DNA of 28,917 bases, taken from IMG/VR virus record IMGVR_UViG_3300033412_000052, positions 1-28,917 of that record; one strand, given 5' to 3'. The notes beneath the pieces were generated by a model. It saw only the letters and a program-made list of their open reading frames with translations, was not told the origin of the DNA and ran no database searches. The position numbers were made by a program, and so were the translations under genes. The stretch comes from a virus. Lineage: Duplodnaviria > Caudoviricetes. Positions 17,640 through 25,594 of the stretch are shown piece by piece; position 1 is the stretch's first letter; the number at the start of each line of letters is the position of its first letter.

Positions 17640-19351
17640 CACATCACCCCCGCCGCATCCGCCACCGGCTGCACACCGCGCGCATAGGTCCAGACAGCGC
17701 CATACGGCGCGCGTAGCCGCGCCTTGATATACCGATCCTCGATGGTGAAATTCGCCGCCCCGAAGATATTGAGCGCCGATTCACTTGTGTAAGTCATGGA
17801 TGCCTGCGCCGTCGCGCGATGCCCGAGCGAAATCAGCGCGGCCGCGCAATCCGTCACCGGCCGCACGGTATCCACAAATGCCATCACCCCCTCGCCGTCC
17901 TGCTCGCCCGTCTCGAGCAACGCCTCAATGTTCGGCCCATTGAAGAATCCGAGCTTGTTTGTTGGACCAACGGCCGCCAGCTGCGCGATCGCCGACGTCG
18001 AGATGCTATCAAGAGAGAACGGCAGCGCATCCAACGACCCGCCGATATTGCCGCCACTGACATAAGCGTGCACGAAGGTCGACCCGATCAGGTCGATATG
18101 CGTCGGATCGATGATCGTGACTTTCCAGGTCCCATTCGCCTCCGTAGTCCCCGTCACGCCATAGACGACAATGAAATTCTGCCCGGCGATCTGATATTGC
18201 GCGTTCGACACCGCATCGAGCGTCAACCGGATCGCACCAGAACCGTTGTTAGCCGCGCCCAGCACCGTCAGTTTGCCCGGTGCGATCGAATCCAGTTGCT
18301 CAAGCGTCAAACCCGGCTTGGCCAGATAGCCGAGATATTTGCCGGACATCGGAATCAGCGTCCACTTGCCGTTTTTCCCGACCGACCAGTCGAAGCAAAG
18401 GATTTTGTCGAAGAGGCCGGCCTGCCCGCCCAGCGATTTATAGGCCCAATATACCCGCGTCGCCTGCGGATCGGCCGCCGCGATCACAAGCTGTAGATTG
18501 GAGCGATCGACATCATCGAAAAAGAATCTGTCGACCCGATCCTTTCCAATCGGCACCGGCTCGCCGCCGGAAACAATAACCTTGAACCCCTGCGCCGAGA
18601 TGAAGAACGTTCGCGTGCCCGCGTTCACAACGCCATACTGCGCAAATAGCGTGTCCTGCGTAGAAATGCGCGTGATCTGGAAAATCGCCGCCGAACCCGG
18701 CGCATAAGTCAGTGTCCTGATTGCCTCGTCCTGGAAAACCACGCCATAGGCGTCGCCACCGGATACCTGATGCGCCGAGCCGCCGTCGGGCAGATCCTGG
18801 AAGTCTGACAGTCCCACACCGGCCGTCCAGGTTTCCGGCCCGTCGAGATCGGACCATTGCACCCGCCGGGCATTGGATAGGAGTCCCGTCAGCATCACGA
18901 ACCGGTTCACGATCGCGATGTGCGCCGACTGCGGCGGAGAGCCGCCGAGATCGATGAACGTCGGGCCCGCCGTCAACACGTACTTCTGCGGCACCGTATT
19001 GGCTTGCACCGCCAACACGAAATCATTGAACTGCGCAAACCGCCAGTTCGCATCCGACGTCAGGCCGGAATAGGCCGCCCCACCCTTGGAGACATCACCC
19101 CATGTGAAAGTAGTGTTATCGAGCAGGTAAAGCCGCGTCGCGGTGCCCGCGAATACCGCGATCGATCCATCGCTACGCCGCGCGAAGAAAAACCCGCGGC
19201 AATCGGCCGGCAGCGCCTGAGTGAAGTCGACGAAATCCTGAAATGGCCCGTAACCATCCCGCCGCGGAACCACGCCTGAGATCAACGACGAAAGATCGGT
19301 GCCGATATCACTGAGATCGGGCTCGAAATCGGGAAAGAGAACCGTGGCCAT
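17639..19351 (-). CDS. Tail nozzle/stabilisation protein (P22 gp10-like beta-propeller) with an inserted beta-domain
   Basis: F..F.PD N-terminus, FAGT...LY, WRFAQF, RVQWS.L...E.W, SDFQDLPDGG, PIG.DRVDRFF. Insert GAANNGSGAIR...GVTGTTEANG.W......IDL.GSTF resembles FCCH-like beta domains. Follows the adaptor. Confidence 0.8.
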   Translation of the reverse strand: MATVLFPDFEPDLSDIGTDLSSLISGVVPRRDGYGPFQDFVDFTQALPADCRGFFFARRSDGSIAVFAGTATRLYLLDNTTFTWGDVSKGGAAYSGLTSDANWRFAQFNDFVLAVQANTVPQKYVLTAGPTFIDLGGSPPQSAHIAIVNRFVMLTGLLSNARRVQWSDLDGPETWTAGVGLSDFQDLPDGGSAHQVSGGDAYGVVFQDEAIRTLTYAPGSAAIFQITRISTQDTLFAQYGVVNAGTRTFFISAQGFKVIVSGGEPVPIGKDRVDRFFFDDVDRSNLQLVIAAADPQATRVYWAYKSLGGQAGLFDKILCFDWSVGKNGKWTLIPMSGKYLGYLAKPGLTLEQLDSIAPGKLTVLGAANNGSGAIRLTLDAVSNAQYQIAGQNFIVVYGVTGTTEANGTWKVTIIDPTHIDLIGSTFVHAYVSGGNIGGSLDALPFSLDSISTSAIAQLAAVGPTNKLGFFNGPNIEALLETGEQDGEGVMAFVDTVRPVTDCAAALISLGHRATAQASMTYTSESALNIFGAANFTIEDRYIKARLRAPYGAVWTYARGVQPVADAAGVM

Positions 19352-19359
19352 CCCATCCC

Positions 19360-20031
19360 TCAGAACTGCATCGCCTTGACGCGGCCGGTCGACTTGACCC
19401 GATTGGCCTCCCCCTTGAGCTCGGAGAATGCATAATACGCCTCACCAGGCGCATCACCATGCGGCGACATCGCAGCCGCCATCTTATCATTGCGCGTGAC
19501 GTGCTTGGCGATTTCGTACTTCGCCCGCGATCGGATCAATCGCTCGGCCTCGTTCGTCCAGGGCGAGCTCGTATCCGAGACGTCCGTCGGCGCCGCAAGC
19601 GCGAGATAGCCGCCGATCGTCAGCACATAGGCGATATCAGGCGCAGGATAGATCGCCAGTTGGTTGCCGTCGTAAATGAAGAACCCCGGCGGCCCCGCAT
19701 ACGTGCCGTTGATCGTCGCGAGATAGAGCGCCTCCGGAACGTCGCGCCCCATCCTATTGTTCGTCGACCCCAGCAGGTAATTGATGAAGTCGATCCGCAT
19801 GAGCAGCGCGATCCGCGCGTCATCCGCAGCCGAATAGATGTATTGCTGCGGAACCGTCGTCAGAGTGAACGGAGTCAGCGGCGCGTTCTCGTTGAACCGA
19901 AAACGCTCCTTCTGATAGGCATTAATCGCCGTGCTCACCGCACTGGCGATCGCGCCATTCGAGAGAAGGTCTTGCCGGTCGCCGAGCTCGAAAGCGATCC
20001 GAGTGTAAAGCGTCGTGAGTGAATCGGCCAT
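19360..20031 (-). CDS. Head-tail adaptor protein (223 aa)
   Basis: L..RIA.EL.R.DL, AI..Y...RF.FNE, G.P..F......L.IYP.PD..Y.L, W..EAE.LIR.RAK motifs. Lies between the head genes and the nozzle. Confidence 0.8.
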   Translation of the reverse strand: MADSLTTLYTRIAFELGDRQDLLSNGAIASAVSTAINAYQKERFRFNENAPLTPFTLTTVPQQYIYSAADDARIALLMRIDFINYLLGSTNNRMGRDVPEALYLATINGTYAGPPGFFIYDGNQLAIYPAPDIAYVLTIGGYLALAAPTDVSDTSSPWTNEAERLIRSRAKYEIAKHVTRNDKMAAAMSPHGDAPGEAYYAFSELKGEANRVKSTGRVKAMQF

Positions 20032-20040
20032 TGCGCCCCC

Positions 20041-20592
20041 TTAACCGAGGGCGGCCAGCCCCTCAAGACGGGCCAGGCGCGCCCAGATCGGATCATCGAG
20101 ACCGGCACTCAAATTGCCGTACCAGATCGAGCCGGCTGCGCTGCATGTGAAGATGATCGACTTACCGGCCGCCAGCGAGAACGAAGCATTGGCCGAAAGC
20201 GCGTTGATCGACTGGCCGGACTGCGGAAAGATCGCCGCCGCGTTCGAGGCCGCCGAATTGATGACCGTCACCTGCATGCCGTCGGTATTGCCGTAGCCCG
20301 CCACGCCGCCAGCTATGCCGGCATTGCACGGCGGCAGCATCACACTATCGGCCGCGGTGCCGACCGTCGTGATGATGTTCACGGCGCTGTTGAGCACTAC
20401 CGCGCTCGTCTGGCCACCGCCGGCAAATGCCGTGATCGACCCCGTGGTCGACGTCCGCAGGAACCCGACCTTCATCACCGAGAATTCGTTCGCCGAATTC
20501 GTGCCGGTCAGATTGACCGCCATGGCGAACGAGGACAGCAGAGCCAGCGCGGCAAGAGCAGGCGCGAAACGATTGATCAATTTCGAGAGCAT
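20041..20592 (-). CDS. Putative head decoration/fibre protein with N-terminal signal peptide (183 aa)
   Basis: GAGGT RBS. MLSKLINRFAPALAALALLSSFAMA-V, then ITA.AGGGQ..A..L....N.ITTV.TAADSV.LP...V.N......IFP..G..IN.L.AN motif seen in phage structural proteins. Confidence 0.7.
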   Translation of the reverse strand: MLSKLINRFAPALAALALLSSFAMAVNLTGTNSANEFSVMKVGFLRTSTTGSITAFAGGGQTSAVVLNSAVNIITTVGTAADSVMLPPCNAGIAGGVAGYGNTDGMQVTVINSAASNAAAIFPQSGQSINALSANASFSLAAGKSIIFTCSAAGSIWYGNLSAGLDDPIWARLARLEGLAALG

Positions 20593-20615
20593 TTCCGACC
20601 TCGTTGAAGTGGATC

Positions 20616-20637
20616 GGAAGAGCCCGCCGGCTCCCCC
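20616..20637 (-). other. Intergenic RNA hairpin (9-bp stem with G-U pairs, no U-tract)
   Basis: Minus strand GGGGGAGCC-GGCG-GGCTCTTCC between two head-module genes. Confidence 0.35.
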
Positions 20638-20652
20638 GCATTGATCCAGGAA

Positions 20653-21027
20653 CTACAGGCCGACGCAAATATATTTAACGACGTTCGAACTCGTCGCCGT
20701 CTGCGTCAGCGTGATCGCCGAGGCCGAGGTTGCATAGGACTGCGAAGCCAGCGGCGTCGCGATCCACGTCACCACGCAATGCGGCGCCGCACTCTTGGCC
20801 GTGTTGAACGTGATCACGCAACCGGTCGGCGTGCCCGTCCCCATCGTGACCGTGCCGGCCAAATCGGTACCGGTGATTGCCGGCGAGGTGCCGCAGGACG
20901 TGAGCGCCGGCGCCGTGGTCGAGCCGAGGCCGAGACCATCGGTCACGATCGTGTAGCCGTAGGCCAGGCCGGCCGTCACCAGCAACGCGGCGAGACCAGA
21001 GACAAGTTTCGTCCAAATCTTCTTCAT
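20653..21027 (-). CDS. Putative virion surface protein with N-terminal signal peptide and 4 Cys (124 aa)
   Basis: ATG 21027 with GAGGGA RBS. MKKIWTKLVSGLAALLVTAGLAYG-Y, then Thr-rich beta domain SCGTSP.I.GTD.AG.VT.GT.....C.ITF......P.C.V...Y.C. Confidence 0.75.
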   Translation of the reverse strand: MKKIWTKLVSGLAALLVTAGLAYGYTIVTDGLGLGSTTAPALTSCGTSPAITGTDLAGTVTMGTGTPTGCVITFNTAKSAAPHCVVTWIATPLASQSYATSASAITLTQTATSSNVVKYICVGL

Positions 21028-21072
21028 CGTGGTTCCCTCAATTTTGACCAAATCCGGAAGGCGAAAGGCTGA

Positions 21073-21492
21073 TTAGGTCAGCCAGCCGCCCTCGTAGAAG
21101 ATCACGACGATAGCCTGCCCCGTGGTCGCCGCGCCGCCGGTTTGCGCGTACATCGCGTAAGGCAGCACGTCGCCGGAGGCCGTGAGCGAGCGGCCGAATG
21201 CCCGCGTCACCTGCGTCACGCCGGTTGCGCCCTCGTTGACATCCGCCGCAGCCACGATGTTGTTGTACGACGTCGCGTTCGTGCCGACCGTCAAGACGTT
21301 GGTTGAACCGGCATTGAACACCGTCACAACCTCGACTAGAACGTTTTCGATGAAAGCGTTCTGCGGCAGGTAATTGTCGAACGGCACACCCGACGCGATG
21401 CCAACATCGTTGAAATTGACAGTCTTCTTCAACGTGTTGACGACTTGGCGCGGATCCTGCCGCGCATTGGTTCCCAGAACACCCGTAGTCAT
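21073..21492 (-). CDS. Capsid decoration/cement-like protein (139 aa)
   Basis: Directly after the capsid gene with GGAGA RBS. LP.NA.I..V.V.V.T.FNAG..N.L.VGT and G.AAT.G.A.V...Y beta-sandwich motif. Confidence 0.7.
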   Translation of the reverse strand: MTTGVLGTNARQDPRQVVNTLKKTVNFNDVGIASGVPFDNYLPQNAFIENVLVEVVTVFNAGSTNVLTVGTNATSYNNIVAAADVNEGATGVTQVTRAFGRSLTASGDVLPYAMYAQTGGAATTGQAIVVIFYEGGWLT

Positions 21493-21519
21493 TTCGAGTC
21501 TCTCCTGTGTGCTCTGGCG

Positions 21520-22635
21520 CTAGAACGTCGAGGCCGCGGCGTAAGTGGCCACTACCACCGTGCCGTAGTCCACCGAGTTGTAACGGGTCTTTTTCAGACC
21601 GTGGATGGTGAGGGCGGAGATTTCCAGCCGACGCTTATGGTCGAAAAGCTCCTCGTTCCAGGTGATTTTGGTCGGACCGTTGTCCTGACCAAAGCCCATC
21701 ATGGCGGCCTGAGCGCCGAGCAGAACAGCGCGCTTGACCGTCGGCACATCGGCACCGGCGGACGAAACGCCGTTCGTCACGTCGTAGGCCGAGCGCAGGA
21801 TCACGCCATTGTAGATGCCGACGGCACCCGAGAAAATCGGATTCTGCGTCTGCCGGAGGCCCATATAGGCCGCCTTCTGCAGATCCTGCCATTGGCCGGT
21901 CGACGTGTTCCGCCGCATCGACGTGATCTGATACGGGTGAAGATACATGCAGTACATATCTTCAAGCGTGTTGTTGAAATCCGACCGGCCGCCATCGCGG
22001 GGCGAGTTGCCCTTGAACTGGATCGGACGAATCTGCGGCGTCGCCGTGATCGCGAGCTCCTTCGCCGCGTCGATCAGGCCGAGCGTGAAGGTGTCCGCGT
22101 TGGTCAGAAGATCATCGGAGGCGCGGCCCGACTGGCGGATGACGCGCGTCGCCGACGGCGCCGTGACCGCATTCAGACCGGTGAAGCGGACATCGCTCTG
22201 CACCGTGTAGCCGCACACCTGGTTGAAGAACTCGACCGAATAGCGCTTCGCGTACCAGTCCCGCAGCCGGCCCTTGGCCGTGTCGCGCAGATCCCACGGG
22301 ATACGCTGCTGATCGATCGTGCGGCGCGACTTGACGCCGACCACACCCATGAGCTCGTTGATCACGAGCGCATCGGAATACGTGGTCAGGGATTCGCCGT
22401 TGCCCTCGGCCAGTTGGTTCTCAGTGAAACCGGCCTGCGCAAGCTGCATGACGATGCCATAGGTGATCTGGTCACCCGGCCCCTTCGACAGCGCATTTTG
22501 CAGATGGATCACCGAATTCTCGTCGGTGCCGATGAGCGGGCGGATGGCCGTGTACTTCAAGGCCTCCGTCTCAAGAACGCGCGCCCAAAGTTTTACGGCA
22601 AGCGCGTCATTTTGCGGATAGCTCGTGGTGGACAT
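21520..22635 (-). CDS. Major capsid protein, N4-gp56/DUF4043 family (371 aa)
   Basis: ND.LAVKLW, L.K.PGD.IT..I..QL...G......EG..E.L..Y.D...INE, QRIP.DLR..AK..L.DW, Y...LHP.Q...., NPIF.GA.G.YNGVIL, RAVLLGAQA, GLKKTRYN..DYG. Confidence 0.93.
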   Translation of the reverse strand: MSTTSYPQNDALAVKLWARVLETEALKYTAIRPLIGTDENSVIHLQNALSKGPGDQITYGIVMQLAQAGFTENQLAEGNGESLTTYSDALVINELMGVVGVKSRRTIDQQRIPWDLRDTAKGRLRDWYAKRYSVEFFNQVCGYTVQSDVRFTGLNAVTAPSATRVIRQSGRASDDLLTNADTFTLGLIDAAKELAITATPQIRPIQFKGNSPRDGGRSDFNNTLEDMYCMYLHPYQITSMRRNTSTGQWQDLQKAAYMGLRQTQNPIFSGAVGIYNGVILRSAYDVTNGVSSAGADVPTVKRAVLLGAQAAMMGFGQDNGPTKITWNEELFDHKRRLEISALTIHGLKKTRYNSVDYGTVVVATYAAASTF

Positions 22636-22802
22636 AATGCACCCTGCTTGAACGCCCGCGCGGAGCGGGCTGGATCAATCTTTTGCGGAGGATGCTGCGG
22701 TTATCGCCCGAAGCGGCGAGGCTCGTTTTTAAGGTGCTGGCACCGCACCTGGTAAATGACTTGAGGCCGAAACCGCGCCGTCATTTCCAATTGGCGACGC
22801 AA

Positions 22803-22831
22803 TTCGTAACAGCGAAATTTTGTTACGTCAA
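22803..22831 (-). promoter_or_regulatory. Candidate promoter with overlapping inverted-repeat operator upstream of the capsid gene
   Basis: Minus strand TTGACG-N17-TACGAA. Perfect inverted repeat CGTAACA-N9-TGTTACG at 22805-22827. Confidence 0.4.
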
Positions 22832-22836
22832 CAGCG

Positions 22837-22923
22837 TCAGGAACCCACGCCCGGCATTGGTGTAGCCAGGATGATCAATCCAGCGATGATCAGGCCGAGA
22901 ATGGTGACAATGAAAAAGGGCAT
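22837..22923 (-). CDS. Possible 28-aa single-TM peptide (MPFFIVTILGLIIAGLIILATPMPGVGS)
   Basis: Read by hand; below the ORF-track cutoff. Uninterrupted hydrophobic helix fills the intergenic gap. No clear RBS. Confidence 0.4.
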   Translation of the reverse strand: MPFFIVTILGLIIAGLIILATPMPGVGS

Positions 22924-22975
22924 GCGCCCAATATAGGCACATGCCCCAACCCTAGAAATTCCGGAAAACTACCGA

Positions 22976-23236
22976 TCAGGATTCGCCCGGCAGTTTCACC
23001 CGCGCCGGCTTGAACACGGCCCGATTGACTGCCATGAACGCCTCCTCAATGCGCGTCCGACCAATCGCCAGCCAGCGACCATCGACGCCATCCGGGCCAA
23101 TCATTGTTGCCAATTCATCGAGGCGCCGCAGCACCTGCTCCTCGAGCACCTTGTTCACGTTCACCAGATCAACCGCGCCGCCCGACTGCGGCCGATAGCC
23201 GTGCACGGGCAATCCCTCGTGCTTCTCATCGCTCAT
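22976..23236 (-). CDS. acb2: Acb2-like anti-CBASS cyclic-oligonucleotide sponge protein (86 aa)
   Basis: ATG 23236 with AGGAG RBS. GYR.....DLVN..K..E and GRWLAIGRT.IE..FMA.NRAV..P match the Acb2 signature as I recall it (GYR.LS...N..K...GRWLAIGKT.IQ.G.MA..RAIAQP). Confidence 0.8.
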   Translation of the reverse strand: MSDEKHEGLPVHGYRPQSGGAVDLVNVNKVLEEQVLRRLDELATMIGPDGVDGRWLAIGRTRIEEAFMAVNRAVFKPARVKLPGES

Positions 23237-23254
23237 TGATGTGCTCCTGAAATG

Positions 23255-23275
23255 CCGGAAACCGCCGGCGCGGAT
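23255..23275. repeat. Intergenic repeat copy 1 (hairpin-forming)
   Basis: ccggaaaccgccggcgcggat; matches 23644-23665 at 19 of 22 aligned positions. Confidence 0.6.
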
Positions 23276-23276
23276 A

Positions 23277-23621
23277 TTAAAGGGACGAACCAGGCCAGGG
23301 CTCGACCAAACCATCAGGCTTGCCGAGCACCTTTGCGAGCAGATCATCCGAGAGCACGTTGATAATGGCATCAGCCTCGCGCGCTGTGTCATTGTGCCCC
23401 AAGACACGACGGAGCTTTTCCACGCCATCAGTGGAGGGCTCAGGCTGCTCCTGCGTTGTAGCGCAAGCATCCTCCTCTCGAACCCGCGTGACATAACCCT
23501 CAAGACGTGCGAGCGCGATCTCGGAGGCCCGAAGCGCTCGAGCGAGCGCGATCTGGCCAGATTTCAGTTTCTCGACTTGCGACAATTCACGGGACTGCGC
23601 CCGTGTCGGCTTCTTAACCAT
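23277..23621 (-). CDS. Hypothetical helical protein (114 aa)
   Basis: ATG 23621 (MVKKPTRAQ...) within the 23277..23897 ORF. Fills the gap between the two repeat copies. Confidence 0.65.
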   Translation of the reverse strand: MVKKPTRAQSRELSQVEKLKSGQIALARALRASEIALARLEGYVTRVREEDACATTQEQPEPSTDGVEKLRRVLGHNDTAREADAIINVLSDDLLAKVLGKPDGLVEPWPGSSL

Positions 23622-23643
23622 CTGATGCGACTTTCTGGTTAAA

Positions 23644-23665
23644 CCGGATTCCGTCCGGCGCGGAT
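23644..23665. repeat. Intergenic repeat copy 2 (hairpin-forming)
   Basis: ccggattccgtccggcgcggat, at the stop codon of the 80-aa gene. Confidence 0.6.
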
Positions 23666-23907
23666 TACTGGCGCCCACGCAGATAGCCAAAACCGCGCTG
23701 GCGCGTGTCCTGCGTCTCAAGCCCGAGGAAATCGCACACCCACGACGACGGCAGCACCGAGCACCGCGCGGCCGCCGCGAAGCAGTCCGGATCGAACCCA
23801 CGCGGATCGGCCATCTTCGCCGAGCACGCTGAGCTCGACAGAAGCACGGCCGCATCGTCGACGCTGAGAACGGCCGCCGCAACTGCGGCGAGGACAAGCA
23901 GTCTCAC
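23665..23907 (-). CDS. Small putative exported Cys-containing protein (80 aa)
   Basis: GTG start overlaps the scaffold TGA. Hydrophobic N-terminus MRLLVLAAVAAAVLS and 4 Cys. Confidence 0.5.
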   Translation of the reverse strand: MRLLVLAAVAAAVLSVDDAAVLLSSSACSAKMADPRGFDPDCFAAAARCSVLPSSWVCDFLGLETQDTRQRGFGYLRGRQ

Positions 23908-25235
23908 AACGGCACTTTGCCGAGACTGCGATCGAACTGCGCCGAGGCCTTGGGATTGCCCCTGATCTCGTTATAGACCGCCTCGAACTCGTCATCCGGC
24001 ATGTCGGCCAGCCGCGACAGATCGGGCAGACCACCGCCAGGCGAGCCGCCACCCTCCGACAGCGAGCGCGCCGCAGCCTGCCCCTCCCGAATGTTGGCGA
24101 TCTCGTCCTTGACCGACGGCACCTTGCCGCCCGGCGCCCGCTTCACAGGAACCGGCGCAGCTGCATCGGCCGCAGGATCGACCGCCGGCGCCGGAGCCGC
24201 CTTCTTTTGGAACCCCCGCGCCTTGGCGAGCCCCATCACGATCTCCGACGGACGCTTGCCCAGCCGCTTCGCCTCGCGCGCGACGAGGAGTTGCTCATTT
24301 GCGAACGACTGCTGGATGGCCGTCGAAAGCCGCTGCTGGTCCTCCGTTGAGAGTTTGGCGCACTCCGCAGCGTCGTTGACATCAATGCCGGCGAAGATCA
24401 TGCCGAGCTCATAGAACCGGCTATCCCGCAGCGTCGCGAAGGCATCCGCATAAGACGAATCGGCCTGCGCCGCGTTCTCTAGATCGGCCGTGTAATCATT
24501 GAATAGCGCCTGCTCCGCAGTCTGCGCCTGCTCACGCGTCTCGCGCTGCTGCTGCCCGGTGCGCAATTCATTGACCGTCGCCTCGAGCTTGCGATTGCGC
24601 CATTCGAGATGGCCGATCGGATCCTCGTCCCGGTTCGGTTCCGGATCGGGATCCTCCTGCTGCTGCTCCGCGGCCGCTGGCGCCGCATCCCGCGCCTTGA
24701 AGGCCTCCGCCAGCATCCGCGTCCGCTCGTCCAGGCGTGCGCGCTGCTCTTTCTCGCGCTGCAGCGCCTCCGTCGCCTCTTTCAGCTTCCGCGCATCCTC
24801 CGCGCGCTCGCGCTGATATCGGCCGTAGGCGATTGTTTTGGGCCGTCGCTTGGCGGGATCGGCCTGCGCATCTTTGTCCGTTCGAGCGTCGCCAGCACCC
24901 GCGTCCGGCTCACCGGCGTCGCGATCGTCGGCATCGTCGCCAGCATCACCCATTCCATCAGCATCAGCGTCCGCACCTTCGCCATCGCCGTCACCTGCAT
25001 TCCGATCTGCACCAGCCTCTCGATCACCGCCAGCCTCCCCGCGGCGCATGGCATCGAATTCGGCCTGCTCGGCCGCCGAGAGCCCATCAGCCGACCCATC
25101 ATCGCCCGCCCCACCATCATCGTCGATTCGCTCCGCAAATGCGGGAACCGAGCTTGTATCGGGTTTGGGTGCAAATGCCGCCATCACCGCGACCGAGGCG
25201 CGGTTCATCAGGCGGTCCAGATGACGAGTGCTCAT
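23904..25235 (-). CDS. Capsid scaffolding protein (443 aa)
   Basis: ATG 25235 with GGAGAA RBS and ATGA overlap. Acidic disordered N-terminus, coiled coils, P.P..DEDPIG motif, C-terminal LADM.DDEF. Lies between portal and capsid. Confidence 0.8.
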   Translation of the reverse strand: MSTRHLDRLMNRASVAVMAAFAPKPDTSSVPAFAERIDDDGGAGDDGSADGLSAAEQAEFDAMRRGEAGGDREAGADRNAGDGDGEGADADADGMGDAGDDADDRDAGEPDAGAGDARTDKDAQADPAKRRPKTIAYGRYQRERAEDARKLKEATEALQREKEQRARLDERTRMLAEAFKARDAAPAAAEQQQEDPDPEPNRDEDPIGHLEWRNRKLEATVNELRTGQQQRETREQAQTAEQALFNDYTADLENAAQADSSYADAFATLRDSRFYELGMIFAGIDVNDAAECAKLSTEDQQRLSTAIQQSFANEQLLVAREAKRLGKRPSEIVMGLAKARGFQKKAAPAPAVDPAADAAAPVPVKRAPGGKVPSVKDEIANIREGQAAARSLSEGGGSPGGGLPDLSRLADMPDDEFEAVYNEIRGNPKASAQFDRSLGKVPL

Positions 25236-25594
25236 GATGCAATTCTCCGTTGATGCTTCGGCGACTTTATCCAGTTTCCGATCTTCATCCAAGTTCCAGC
25301 GTCGAGCGGTCCGGATACCAGGACCGGACGCCTCGCCGGATCGCCCGCATCGATCAGAAGCACCTCCCCGAGCGGTGGCTCATCGGCCGGCGAGCGGATG
25401 AATAACTCCCACGGCCCGAACACTAGCCGCACACACTCGCGATAGCGCCCCATACCGCCCTCGCGCCTCTGATCGGCCGGCACTTCCTCGCGGTCGCCGA
25501 CGACCCTCACCTCATCGAAACTATAGCGGCCGACGAGTTGCGCCCGGAAAAACTCCTGCGCCTGACGCATCAGCGCGGCCTGAGCCCGGATCAT
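25232..25594 (-). CDS. Hypothetical protein (120 aa)
   Basis: ATG 25594 (MIRAQAAL...) with ATGA overlaps at both ends. Confidence 0.65.
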   Translation of the reverse strand: MIRAQAALMRQAQEFFRAQLVGRYSFDEVRVVGDREEVPADQRREGGMGRYRECVRLVFGPWELFIRSPADEPPLGEVLLIDAGDPARRPVLVSGPLDAGTWMKIGNWIKSPKHQRRIAS

